DNA of 44,231 bases from a virus: the IMG/VR virus record IMGVR_UViG_3300003830_000002; one strand, written 5' to 3'. Under the pieces are notes generated by a model, which searched no databases, was not told the DNA's origin, and saw only the letters and a program-made list of their open reading frames with translations. Below are positions 9,337-16,982 of this stretch, piece by piece (within the stretch, counting starts at the first letter, position 1; each line of letters begins with the position of its first letter). The position numbers and the translations under genes are program-made.

Positions 9337-10554
9337 ATGATGGCATCCAGCGCAGTACCAAAAATTAAATTTACGGCCGCTGGTTTGGTTATCCCGGCGG
9401 AAACTGACGTATTGGCGGGCGTGCAAGCCGACATGAATGCGGCGTTTGGCGGCGGGTTGAATCCGGCCCTTGAGACTCCGCAAGGTCAACTTGCATCCAG
9501 CCAGGCCGCCGTTATCGCGGACAAAAACAACGAAATTGCCACTTTTGTAAATCAGGTCGACCCGCAATATGCCGCCGACCGCTTTCAGGATGCAATCGGG
9601 CGCATTTACTTTTTGACCCGCAAGCCAGCCACGCCGACCGCCGTTACGGCCACACTCACGGGGCTGGCCGGTACAGTCATTCCCGCGGGCACTTTGGCCC
9701 AAGACACCAGCGGCAACACTTACGCCGCGTCCGGCGCCGCAACAATCAGCATTGCAGGCACCGTCGACGCCGAATTCCAAAATATTGAAAATGGCCCGAT
9801 TCCATGCGCGGCCGGAACCTTGACCCAAGTTTATCAAGCTGTGCCGGGCTGGGACGCAATCAACAACGCGGCCGACGGCACCATGGGCCAGGACGTTGAA
9901 AGCCGGGCCGACTTTGAATACCGCCGCAAGAATTCGGTCGCCTTGAACGGCAAAGGGACGCCCGGCGCAATTTATGCGGAAGTGTTCGCCCTGGCGGACG
10001 TTCTCGACGTCTATGTCAAGGACAACCCCAGCGGCGACACGGTCCTGACGGGAAGCACCAATTATCCTTTGCTCCCGCATTCGGTCTATGTGGCCGTCGT
10101 GGGCGGGGCCGACGCGGACATTGCCGCCGCAATCTGGCGCAAAAAGGACGTGGGGTGTGATTACAACGGCAACACGTCCGTCGTGGTCACTGACGACAGC
10201 GGCTACAACTACCCGCAACCGACCTACACCGTCAAATTTGAGCGCCCCGCGGCGCTTCCGGTCAAATTCGCCGTGCAATTGGTCAATGATGTAAGTTTGC
10301 CGTCCAACATCGTGCAACTTGTTCAAGATGCCATCATTGCGCGGTTTAATGGGGCCGACGGCACGACACGGGAGCGCATGGGCTCATTGGTGCTTGCAAG
10401 CCGCTACTATGGCGCCGTCGTGAGCGTGGCCCCTAACGTGTCCCTTATCAGCGTCTTGATTGGCACCAGCACCCCAACATTGAGCCAGGTCGCCGTCGGC
10501 ATTGACCAAAAGCCGACCTTGAGTGTTGCTGATATTTCCGTTACGCTGGTCTAG
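9337..10554 (+). CDS. Baseplate J-like wedge protein (gpJ / Mu gp47-like)
   Basis: 405 aa. The segment FLTRKPATPTAVTATLTGLAGTVIPAGTLAQDTSGNTYAA is characteristic of Baseplate_J proteins, and the gene position fits. Confidence 0.75.
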   Translation: MMASSAVPKIKFTAAGLVIPAETDVLAGVQADMNAAFGGGLNPALETPQGQLASSQAAVIADKNNEIATFVNQVDPQYAADRFQDAIGRIYFLTRKPATPTAVTATLTGLAGTVIPAGTLAQDTSGNTYAASGAATISIAGTVDAEFQNIENGPIPCAAGTLTQVYQAVPGWDAINNAADGTMGQDVESRADFEYRRKNSVALNGKGTPGAIYAEVFALADVLDVYVKDNPSGDTVLTGSTNYPLLPHSVYVAVVGGADADIAAAIWRKKDVGCDYNGNTSVVVTDDSGYNYPQPTYTVKFERPAALPVKFAVQLVNDVSLPSNIVQLVQDAIIARFNGADGTTRERMGSLVLASRYYGAVVSVAPNVSLISVLIGTSTPTLSQVAVGIDQKPTLSVADISVTLV

Positions 10555-10556
10555 CC

Positions 10557-11222
10557 ATGATTAACGTCGAAGAAACAATAATCAGCCAATACGGCAACAG
10601 CGCCACAATCACGCAATTGGTCCGCAATATGGACCAGTACATTGACCCGCGGACGGACTTCGACACGTTTTACGACTTCGTTTGGAATGTGGAAACCGCC
10701 CAAGGTTTCGGCCTGGATATTTGGGGGCGCATCGTTAACATCGTTAGAACTTTGCTAATTCCGCCCCCAATAGTAAATTTCGGGTTCAATGAGGCAGGGT
10801 CGCAAGCAAAGCCGTTCAACGAAGCCCCCTTTTACGACGGCATTCCGCCAGTATCGGAAACTTACTTTTTGGCCGACGACGCCTATCGTAAATTGATTTT
10901 GGTTAAGGCCCTGGCGAACATTTCAGCCACAAATGCGCCGACGCTGAATCAGCTTTTGCAAAATTTATTTGGCGACCGCGGCCGTTGCTATGTCAACGAC
11001 ATGGGTGGCATGGCGCTACGCTATACGTTTGAATTTGACCTTACGACCTACGAATTTGCTATTATTACGCAATCGGGAGCCTTGCCGCGCCCGGCCGGGG
11101 TCCAGTCGTCAATGCTCAATAGCGCCTTGCCCCTTTTTGGATTTTCGGAAGCTGGCCCGTCGGCCGCACCGTTTGGGCAAGGCGTATTCATTCCACAAGG
11201 GGCAATCAATGCAACTATCTAA
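10557..11222 (+). CDS. DUF2612-like baseplate/tail-fibre adaptor protein
   Basis: 221 aa. The N-terminus MINVEETIISQYGNSATITQLVRNMDQYIDP resembles DUF2612. The gene lies between the J-like protein and the tail fibre. Confidence 0.65.
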   Translation: MINVEETIISQYGNSATITQLVRNMDQYIDPRTDFDTFYDFVWNVETAQGFGLDIWGRIVNIVRTLLIPPPIVNFGFNEAGSQAKPFNEAPFYDGIPPVSETYFLADDAYRKLILVKALANISATNAPTLNQLLQNLFGDRGRCYVNDMGGMALRYTFEFDLTTYEFAIITQSGALPRPAGVQSSMLNSALPLFGFSEAGPSAAPFGQGVFIPQGAINATI

Positions 11223-13518
11223 CATTCCTGGCAAGCTGGTATTGCCGTTCGCCAATGCTGGCGGAAAAAGCACGATTCCGGTCGCCTCTCAGATTGGCAT
11301 TACCGCTGGCGCCGCATCGCTTACGGACGGATTCCCACCCCTGACGCGCACCCCGATTGCGGCCGGTGGCGTGCCCCCTTCGGGCCTGGACATGAACGGC
11401 ATTCTTTACGAAATGTCGGCAATAGTCCGTTGGGCTAACGCTGGCGGCGGGTATCCCTTCGACGGCACTTTCGCCACGGACACCAATGTCGGCGGGTATC
11501 CAAAAGGCGCCCGCATTATGCGGAGCGACGGGCAAGGGTACTGGTTCAACACGGTCGACAGCAACGTGACCGACCCGGAGAGTGCGGGGGCCGCCGCTGC
11601 TGGCTGGGTTCCTGACTTCACCACGGGCGCCGCGACCGTTGCCATGGCGTCTTCAAGCGTCACATTGACCCCGGCGCAATACGGCAAACCGTTGATTGTG
11701 ATTACCGGCACGCTTACCGCCAATTTGAATTTGGTTTTCCCAAACATTGTCGGCAATTGGGTAATCATCAACAGCACGACCGGCAATTTCACAATTACGG
11801 CAAAGACCGCTGCGGGCGTTGGCGTCACCCTTGGGACAGTTACCCCAATCACTGGCGATAGCGTGAATATTTACACAATGGCGTCGGACGCTATCAGCTT
11901 CACGCAATCGGGCGTCGGTGCGGTGGTCCGTACTGTGGCTGACGAATTGCGTGAACAGTTTTCAGTATCTCAGTTTGGCGCAAAGTTCGACGGAACTGAT
12001 GAGTCGAGCGCGGCAATCGCGGCCCTTGCTGCACATAATGTTATATACGTCCCGGAAGGTAAGACGTTAATTGCTAAAAATATTGAACTTTCCGACAATT
12101 CAAGAGTGATTGTCGAAGGCGCTTTGAAATTGCCAAGTGCATGCGCTGATTTTGATAGATTGCTTTACGGCGACTCGTTGAGTGATGTAAATATTACAAT
12201 TAACGAACTTAACGGCAATTACGCTGGTCAAGTCGGTAATATCGGAACGCATCTTATTTATCTGACAAATTGCGTGAGCCCTACAGTCGACTTGCGAAAT
12301 ACCCACGATCACTACGTCGCTAGTGGCGCGGCAACCCCTTCCGTTGATGGTATTCGGAACGCTTCCACCGGGGCTATCTTTCTGTACCAGTGCAGCAAGG
12401 CCGACGTAAACGTCAGGCTTTTAGAAGGCTGGGGGCGTGAAGGTATATACCTTCTCAACTGCACAAAATCCGAAGTCACCGTCGGACATTGCCAGGGTAA
12501 ATACTTAACTGAGTATTCAGGTGTTCAAGTAAGTGGTGTAAATAACTCAATCAATCGAGCGTCCGTCGACTTTGCGGGTGCTTCCGCTGTGGGTTTCGAT
12601 ACCTCATATGGATTTTTATCAAATGTAATCGCAACCAATACCCGCGAAAACAGCGGCGTCAACTTCGGACACACTGGCTATCCGGCAACGGGTTCAGTAG
12701 CCGAGAACATAGTCGTTGACGGTTCTTTTGGGGCTGGTATATCAGTGTTGTCGTCATCGCAGGATTTAACAATCAACAACTTCTCTGTACAGAATACAGG
12801 TGAGTCCGGTATCCAGTTTTCCGACGGTGTGATTGGTGGAAAGTTGAGTAATGGGGCAGTGTCTTACCCGGCACGCTGGAACCTCGTTGCTGGTGCTGTC
12901 GCTGAAATCCAAACATCGAACGTCAAAAGTAGCGTAAGGGATGCGGCGACCTTGCTGGTTAATGTAACCGCGGGCGCTTTTGCGGCGGGCGAGACTGTCA
13001 CATCCATAGGCGGTTCGGCTCAAGTTAGAAAGGCGTTGCAAAACTTAACAGGTAGCCAACAGCGCCTATTCTTCGTGTCTAATGTCCCAGCATCTTACGT
13101 CGTGGGCAACAGCATTACTGGTTCTGGCGGGGCGGTCGGGACAATTGCGGGTGTGTACGTGCCAACAGAATACAACGAAACCGCAGGCGGTCAATTTATT
13201 CGCGACCCGCGCTACTTCCCTGGCACTGGCGACCAAATCCGCTTTCCCGACGGTACGGCAATTTACACATGGAATTTAGCTTGTGCCTATACGGGTTCCG
13301 GTGCGATTCAGACATTCACTCAAAATTTCTTTAGTAACACAATATGGGCGTCCGCCCCATATGTCACCGCCACTGTGTCAAGCCACAGCAGCACGTCGGG
13401 TTTTGTCATCAACTATTTGGAAGCTAACGCAACAACGGCCGCCGCATCAATCATGATTAACGCAACAGCTAACCAAACTTACGGCGTAAATATCATGGCA
13501 GTTGGTCGCTGGAAATAA
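11209..13518 (+). CDS. Tail fibre/tailspike with conserved N-terminal anchor and pectate-lyase-like beta-helix domain
   Basis: ATG 11209 overlaps the upstream gene by 14 nt. The N-terminal motif GFPPLTRTPIAAGGVPPSGLDMNGILYE is common in fibre anchors. FGAKFDGTDESSAAIAALAAHNVIYVPEGKTLIA resembles the start of a pectate-lyase-fold depolymerase domain. The 10969 start in the track lies inside the previous gene. Confidence 0.75.
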   Translation: MQLSNIPGKLVLPFANAGGKSTIPVASQIGITAGAASLTDGFPPLTRTPIAAGGVPPSGLDMNGILYEMSAIVRWANAGGGYPFDGTFATDTNVGGYPKGARIMRSDGQGYWFNTVDSNVTDPESAGAAAAGWVPDFTTGAATVAMASSSVTLTPAQYGKPLIVITGTLTANLNLVFPNIVGNWVIINSTTGNFTITAKTAAGVGVTLGTVTPITGDSVNIYTMASDAISFTQSGVGAVVRTVADELREQFSVSQFGAKFDGTDESSAAIAALAAHNVIYVPEGKTLIAKNIELSDNSRVIVEGALKLPSACADFDRLLYGDSLSDVNITINELNGNYAGQVGNIGTHLIYLTNCVSPTVDLRNTHDHYVASGAATPSVDGIRNASTGAIFLYQCSKADVNVRLLEGWGREGIYLLNCTKSEVTVGHCQGKYLTEYSGVQVSGVNNSINRASVDFAGASAVGFDTSYGFLSNVIATNTRENSGVNFGHTGYPATGSVAENIVVDGSFGAGISVLSSSQDLTINNFSVQNTGESGIQFSDGVIGGKLSNGAVSYPARWNLVAGAVAEIQTSNVKSSVRDAATLLVNVTAGAFAAGETVTSIGGSAQVRKALQNLTGSQQRLFFVSNVPASYVVGNSITGSGGAVGTIAGVYVPTEYNETAGGQFIRDPRYFPGTGDQIRFPDGTAIYTWNLACAYTGSGAIQTFTQNFFSNTIWASAPYVTATVSSHSSTSGFVINYLEANATTAAASIMINATANQTYGVNIMAVGRWK

Positions 13519-13529
13519 TAGGGGTCGAC

Positions 13530-13787
13530 ATGGATAACCAGCAACTTTTTAACATGGTTTTCGCCATCGCCGGGGCCTTGGGCGGCTGGTGGATGAAAGC
13601 CATGTGGGAAGGTCTTAAAGACCTGCAGAAAGCCGATCAAAAATTATCATCGGAAGTATCCGACTTGAAAGTGCTGGTCGCCGGGGGTTACGTGCGAACG
13701 GAAGCGTTTGACAAACTGGCGACGGCCATATTCAGCAAACTTGACCGCATTGAAGACAAAATTGATTTGAAGGCTGACAAACCATGA
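13530..13787 (+). CDS. Small membrane/coiled-coil protein, holin or antiholin candidate
   Basis: 85 aa with one N-terminal hydrophobic helix (FNMVFAIAGALGGWWM) followed by a charged coiled coil. ATGA overlap with the endolysin gene. Confidence 0.5.
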   Translation: MDNQQLFNMVFAIAGALGGWWMKAMWEGLKDLQKADQKLSSEVSDLKVLVAGGYVRTEAFDKLATAIFSKLDRIEDKIDLKADKP

Positions 13788-14125
13788 CATTGGGACAAAA
13801 ACAGCGGTTGTTCACCGCGCTGATTGCGAAGCTGATTGCATACGCATACGCACATGGCTATGAACTGACATTCGGGGACGCATTCCGCGACCCGCGGGTC
13901 CATGGTCAAATGGGCGTCAAAGTTGGCTACAGCCACGCATCAAGCAACCACAAGCAAAGGCTTGCTGTGGACTTCAACCTATTCCGCGACGGCGTCTTTT
14001 TGTCCAACACGGAAGACCATAAAACACTTGGGGAATATTGGGAATCCCTCGACCCGCTTTGCCGCTGGGGCGGCCGGTTCAATGACGGTAATCATTACAG
14101 TATCGAGCATAACGGCATCAAATAG
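13784..14125 (+). CDS. Endolysin, M15-family (LAS-type) metallopeptidase
   Basis: 113 aa. SNHKQRLAVD fits the SxHxxxxAxD zinc-ligand motif, and a second His lies in DGNHYS. The gene is flanked by membrane-protein genes and spanins. Confidence 0.75.
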   Translation: MTLGQKQRLFTALIAKLIAYAYAHGYELTFGDAFRDPRVHGQMGVKVGYSHASSNHKQRLAVDFNLFRDGVFLSNTEDHKTLGEYWESLDPLCRWGGRFNDGNHYSIEHNGIK

Positions 14126-14135
14126 GAGGTGAATC

Positions 14136-14336
14136 ATGAAACCCTGGTATCAATCGAAAACCATCATTGTCAACGCCATTGTGGCCGCCCTGGTGGCCCT
14201 TGAAGCTGGCACCGGACTTTTGCAAGCCTATTTGCCCGGCAACTTTTACACCATCATTGCCGTCGGTCTTCCCGTGGTCAACGCGATTTTGCGCGTTATC
14301 ACCACCACGGCACTGACAGCCAGCAAAGAGGCTTGA
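14136..14336 (+). CDS. Holin candidate (two transmembrane helices)
   Basis: 66 aa with AGGAGG Shine-Dalgarno. There are two hydrophobic segments (IIVNAIVAALVALEAG and YTIIAVGLPVVNAIL). It lies between the endolysin and the i-spanin. Confidence 0.65.
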   Translation: MKPWYQSKTIIVNAIVAALVALEAGTGLLQAYLPGNFYTIIAVGLPVVNAILRVITTTALTASKEA

Positions 14337-14338
14337 CC

Positions 14339-14854
14339 ATGTGGAAGCTGATTGTCGGCAATCCCTGGGCACTGGCGGCCCTCTTTGCGCTTGGGCTGGC
14401 CTTCGGTGGCTCCGGGGCATGGTGGGTGCAGGGGCAACGCCTGGCGGCCACACAAGCGCGGTTTGACGGCTTCGTCGGTACGGTAAAGGCCGAAGGGGAC
14501 GCCGCAAAGAAGCTGGCCGAAGCGAAAGCGGCCGAAGACAGACGAATAAAGGAGAATTCCGACCATGAATATCAAATTACTTTGGCTGGTTTGCGTGCTG
14601 ACAATAAGCGGTTGCGCGACGCCCAAGCCGGTAGCCGTATCGTGCCCGCCGCCCCCGCCGGTTACCGAAGTCCTGGCCTTGCCTGTTTCGACCGGGCCGA
14701 GCTTGAGCAAGCGTTACAGCGATTTGATGCAGGAATTGCGGGACTCTTTGACGAAGGCGACACGGACGCCGTAGGGCTCAACGTGGCACGCTCTTGGGCG
14801 GCAAGCATTCGCGCCGGTATGTCCCCTGATAGTCCGGCCAGTGTCCGGCCTTGA
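14339..14854 (+). CDS. Rz: i-spanin (Rz-like)
   Basis: N-terminal TM helix (WALAALFALGLAFGGSGAWW) followed by a charged coiled coil. An o-spanin ORF is embedded in its +1 frame. ATG 14339; the track's 14333 is a TTG. Confidence 0.75.
   Translation: MWKLIVGNPWALAALFALGLAFGGSGAWWVQGQRLAATQARFDGFVGTVKAEGDAAKKLAEAKAAEDRRIKENSDHEYQITLAGLRADNKRLRDAQAGSRIVPAAPAGYRSPGLACFDRAELEQALQRFDAGIAGLFDEGDTDAVGLNVARSWAASIRAGMSPDSPASVRP
14565..14774 (+). CDS. Rz1: o-spanin (Rz1-like lipoprotein), embedded in the i-spanin gene
   Basis: AAGGAG Shine-Dalgarno. The signal peptide ends in the lipobox LTISGC (Cys17), and the mature part is Pro-rich (CPPPPPV). The ORF lies entirely inside 14339-14854 in another frame. 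Confidence 0.75.
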   Translation: MNIKLLWLVCVLTISGCATPKPVAVSCPPPPPVTEVLALPVSTGPSLSKRYSDLMQELRDSLTKATRTP

Positions 14855-14972
14855 CCATGTCGCAGTATTGAGCCTGGGCGGCCTTTTCGTCTTCATAGTC
14901 CATGTGACCAACGAAACCGAAGACGGCCAGCACCACCAACATTCCGACCGGGATTGTGATTTGTTTTTTCAT
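14778..14972 (-). CDS. Small membrane protein (hypothetical), last gene of the minus-strand operon
   Basis: 64 aa with an N-terminal TM helix (IPVGMLVVLAVFGFVG). ATGA overlap with the upstream gene. Its 3' end overlaps the i-spanin 3' end convergently. Confidence 0.6.
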   Translation of the reverse strand: MKKQITIPVGMLVVLAVFGFVGHMDYEDEKAAQAQYCDMVKAGHWPDYQGTYRRECLPPKSVPR

Positions 14973-15268
14973 GGTTCCATCCTGTCCAAAAATAAACGGT
15001 AAGCGGCTTGCATGCCTGCACTGTGGCCGCCGTGGGCCTGGTAAGTCTTGACCATTTCGACGGCCACATCGTCCGGGAGCTTGACGGGAAGCCGGGCCGG
15101 TTTGCTGGGCTTGCTTTCAAACTTCACGGCATCCTTGACCGCTTTAAGCCGCCGGTCAACCTTGCGGCATTCCGGCGGCTCCGGGTCGTTGACGTCCCAA
15201 TTGAGCCCGCACGGGGCGCAAATCATTTGGTCGCCGTACTGGCGTGCCTGGCAATTGTGGCGCTTCAT
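14969..15268 (-). CDS. Hypothetical Cys-rich (zinc-ribbon-like) protein
   Basis: ATG 15268 is in an ATGA overlap with the preceding micro-ORF. The N-terminus is MKRHNCQARQYGDQMICAPCG...PPEC. The longer track start at 15331 lacks support. Confidence 0.55.
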   Translation of the reverse strand: MKRHNCQARQYGDQMICAPCGLNWDVNDPEPPECRKVDRRLKAVKDAVKFESKPSKPARLPVKLPDDVAVEMVKTYQAHGGHSAGMQAAYRLFLDRMEP

Positions 15269-15357
15269 TGTTGATCGCCCCGTGAATTGATTCGGAAGAT
15301 TTGCGCAACAGCGACGCCCGCCAGCAACCAAAGAAGCAAGAGGGTGCCGACGGTCAT
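15265..15357 (-). CDS. 30-aa hydrophobic micro-protein candidate
   Basis: Hand translation gives MTVGTLLLLWLLAGVAVAQIFRINSRGDQQ. GGAG lies 8 nt upstream, and there are ATGA overlaps at both ends. It is below the ORF-track size cutoff. Confidence 0.4.
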   Translation of the reverse strand: MTVGTLLLLWLLAGVAVAQIFRINSRGDQQ

Positions 15358-15512
15358 TTCTTTTGCTCCAATTTCCAAGCCTTGTACCACGGGGCCATGT
15401 AAATGGCTGAACGGGTCAAACCAACTTTAGCGGCCGCGGCATAGGGCGTAAGGCCCTGTTCCGTCACCATCTTGCGGGCTTTGACCATTGCGGCGGATTC
15501 GCGGGCGGCCAT
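15354..15512 (-). CDS. 52-aa helix-turn-helix protein candidate
   Basis: Hand translation gives MAARESAAMVKARKMVTEQGLTPYAAAAKVGLTRSAIYMAPWYKAWKLEQKK. The core GLTPYAAAAKVGLTRSAIY is HTH-like. It has a TAATG overlap upstream and an ATGA overlap downstream. Confidence 0.5.
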   Translation of the reverse strand: MAARESAAMVKARKMVTEQGLTPYAAAAKVGLTRSAIYMAPWYKAWKLEQKK

Positions 15513-15931
15513 TATTCAGCCCCCAGCAATTCGGTAAGGCCCTGCAGCGTGTGCGTGGCTTTCTTGATATCCAGCATGCCCCCCTTGTCTTGCTCCCGCG
15601 CCAGGTATGCAATTGCTGTGCCCTTCATGTACCCGCGGAACTCTTCGGGCGTGAGCCAACGGCGCAAGACTTCCCACGGCTGATAGGCGCCCAATTTCTT
15701 GTAATGGTCCCCGCCCTCTTGGATATCCAGCACCGACAAGGCTTCGGCAACATTGGGCAGCGGCGAACCGTCGGCCTCAAAGATTACGGCAATTTCCGAA
15801 GTCTTCGCGGAGCCCCGGCCGCTGGCGCCCTGGTAATGGGTTTCTTGCGCGTTCGATTCGCTAACCACGAACACGGCGCCGGATTCCCGGTCGGTTAATT
15901 TCGTTCCACTTTTGTAAATCACTTCATGCAC
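15512..15931 (-). CDS. DUF3310-like protein
   Basis: 139 aa. The C-terminal half GGDHYKKLGAYQPWEVLRRWLTPEEFRGYMKGTAIAYLAREQDKGGMLDIKKA matches the DUF3310 pattern as I remember it. Confidence 0.65.
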   Translation of the reverse strand: MHEVIYKSGTKLTDRESGAVFVVSESNAQETHYQGASGRGSAKTSEIAVIFEADGSPLPNVAEALSVLDIQEGGDHYKKLGAYQPWEVLRRWLTPEEFRGYMKGTAIAYLAREQDKGGMLDIKKATHTLQGLTELLGAE

Positions 15932-16413
15932 TCCTTAACGATAAATTCCCGCGCCACTTCATAGGCCGCACCTTCCCACGGTTTGCGCATCCCCGTAGCC
16001 TGCAGCCTGATTGCGATAATTTCGACGCCCCTGTGAGCGACCGCCCTGTCATGTTTGGCGACCATCATGTCCCCCAAATAATCGACAGCGTAATGCAAGC
16101 GATTGGCCGACGGCCACATGGCGTCGGGAGTGGCCCGCAAATAGGCTTCATAAGCCAGCATGCCGCCAAGTTGGCAAGGGTTCGCGCTGGCCTGCTGTGG
16201 GGCCGCCACGGGCTCCCGTTGCACTTGGACAGGACAAGGGCCTTCCGTACCGTCCGCGGCGATTCTGACGCATGCCGCATGCGCCCCCGTGGCCGCCAAT
16301 GTGGCAACAATCACCACGGCCGCAAGCGCCGCCCAAAAATGCCACTTGGGCACCCAGCGCGGGCCGCAAGTACAATTCCGGCCCTGGTTGCAATTTTGAT
16401 TACACATGGTCAT
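15919..16413 (-). CDS. Hypothetical membrane-anchored Cys-rich protein
   Basis: AAGGAG Shine-Dalgarno and an ATGA overlap with the upstream gene. The N-terminus is MTMCNQNCNQGRNCTC, followed by a TM helix (FWAALAAVVIVATLAA). Confidence 0.6.
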   Translation of the reverse strand: MTMCNQNCNQGRNCTCGPRWVPKWHFWAALAAVVIVATLAATGAHAACVRIAADGTEGPCPVQVQREPVAAPQQASANPCQLGGMLAYEAYLRATPDAMWPSANRLHYAVDYLGDMMVAKHDRAVAHRGVEIIAIRLQATGMRKPWEGAAYEVAREFIVKECMK

Positions 16414-16802
16414 TTCTCCTTTTTCGGGTTAAGTATCTGGTCCAATTCTTCCCGCCCGTAGGCGGCGGCATTCGCCACGGTTTGCCCAAGTTCGCTAAGT
16501 TCTTTGGCTATCGCGTGGGCTTCCGCCTTGTTGTCACCCCGGAGCTTTTCGCCAAGTTCAAAGACCCGGTCGGCCAGCTTTTCTAAAAAATCCTCTTCCG
16601 GGTATTGGGCGATTGCTTCCGATACGCGGGCTTCAATCGTGTCGACTTCGGGGCGTTCGGCCAATTCGTCCGCCAGGCGTTCGCAACGGGCAATAAGTTC
16701 CAATTCGACCGGCGTCCGCATAATTGCCGGTTCGCACTCAAGCGACCGGATTAAGTGGTCGTCGTCCATTGACGCCATAAGGCCGGGATGCAAAATTAGC
16801 AT
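16410..16802 (-). CDS. Hypothetical acidic protein
   Basis: 130 aa, Glu/Asp/Leu-rich and predicted helical, in the coupled gene string. The alternative ATG at 16778 cannot be excluded. Confidence 0.6.
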   Translation of the reverse strand: MLILHPGLMASMDDDHLIRSLECEPAIMRTPVELELIARCERLADELAERPEVDTIEARVSEAIAQYPEEDFLEKLADRVFELGEKLRGDNKAEAHAIAKELSELGQTVANAAAYGREELDQILNPKKEK

Positions 16803-16924
16803 GGCTTTACGCTGATGCGGCGGGCACCGGGGAAGCGTTCGGCGGCATCAATGACCGCGTCGCAACTGTGAGCAAATACGCCTTCATATTCATGGCCGTC
16901 GACTGTAATTTTGAATTTGAGCAT
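16796..16924 (-). CDS. 42-aa protein candidate, first ORF after the internal promoter
   Basis: Hand translation gives MLKFKITVDGHEYEGVFAHSCDAVIDAAERFPGARRISVKPC. AGGAAG lies 6 nt upstream. It overlaps the next gene's ATG by 7 nt. It is below the track cutoff. Confidence 0.5.
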   Translation of the reverse strand: MLKFKITVDGHEYEGVFAHSCDAVIDAAERFPGARRISVKPC

Positions 16925-16953
16925 GTCCGCTTCCTTGTTGAGTTGATGGGCTG

Positions 16954-16982
16954 ATTGTAGATCAATAATTTACCTACGTCAA
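16954..16982 (-). promoter_or_regulatory. Sigma70-type promoter TTGACG-N17-TACAAT with operator in the spacer, embedded in the end of the polymerase gene
   Basis: The minus strand reads TTGACG TAGGTAAATTATTGATC TACAAT. The -35 hexamer is the last two polymerase codons, and the polymerase TAG stop is the first triplet of the operator. Confidence 0.6.
16958..16976. promoter_or_regulatory. 19-bp operator palindrome, copy with 2 mismatches (TAGATCAAT A ATTTACCTA)
   Basis: Compared by eye with the perfect palindrome at 32695-32713; one mismatch in each half-site. Confidence 0.55.

Noticed and set aside
9250-10326. 358-aa minus-strand ORF
   Set aside because: It lies antisense to the Baseplate-J-like gene, for the same reasons as the other antisense ORFs.
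10969-11208. N-terminal 80-codon extension of the tail-fibre ORF
   Set aside because: It lies entirely inside the DUF2612-like gene in another frame. The conserved fibre N-terminus begins at ATG 11209.
14246-14710. 154-aa minus-strand ORF across the lysis cassette
   Set aside because: It lies antisense to the holin and spanin genes, which have strong architectural support (TM helices, lipobox, embedded arrangement).
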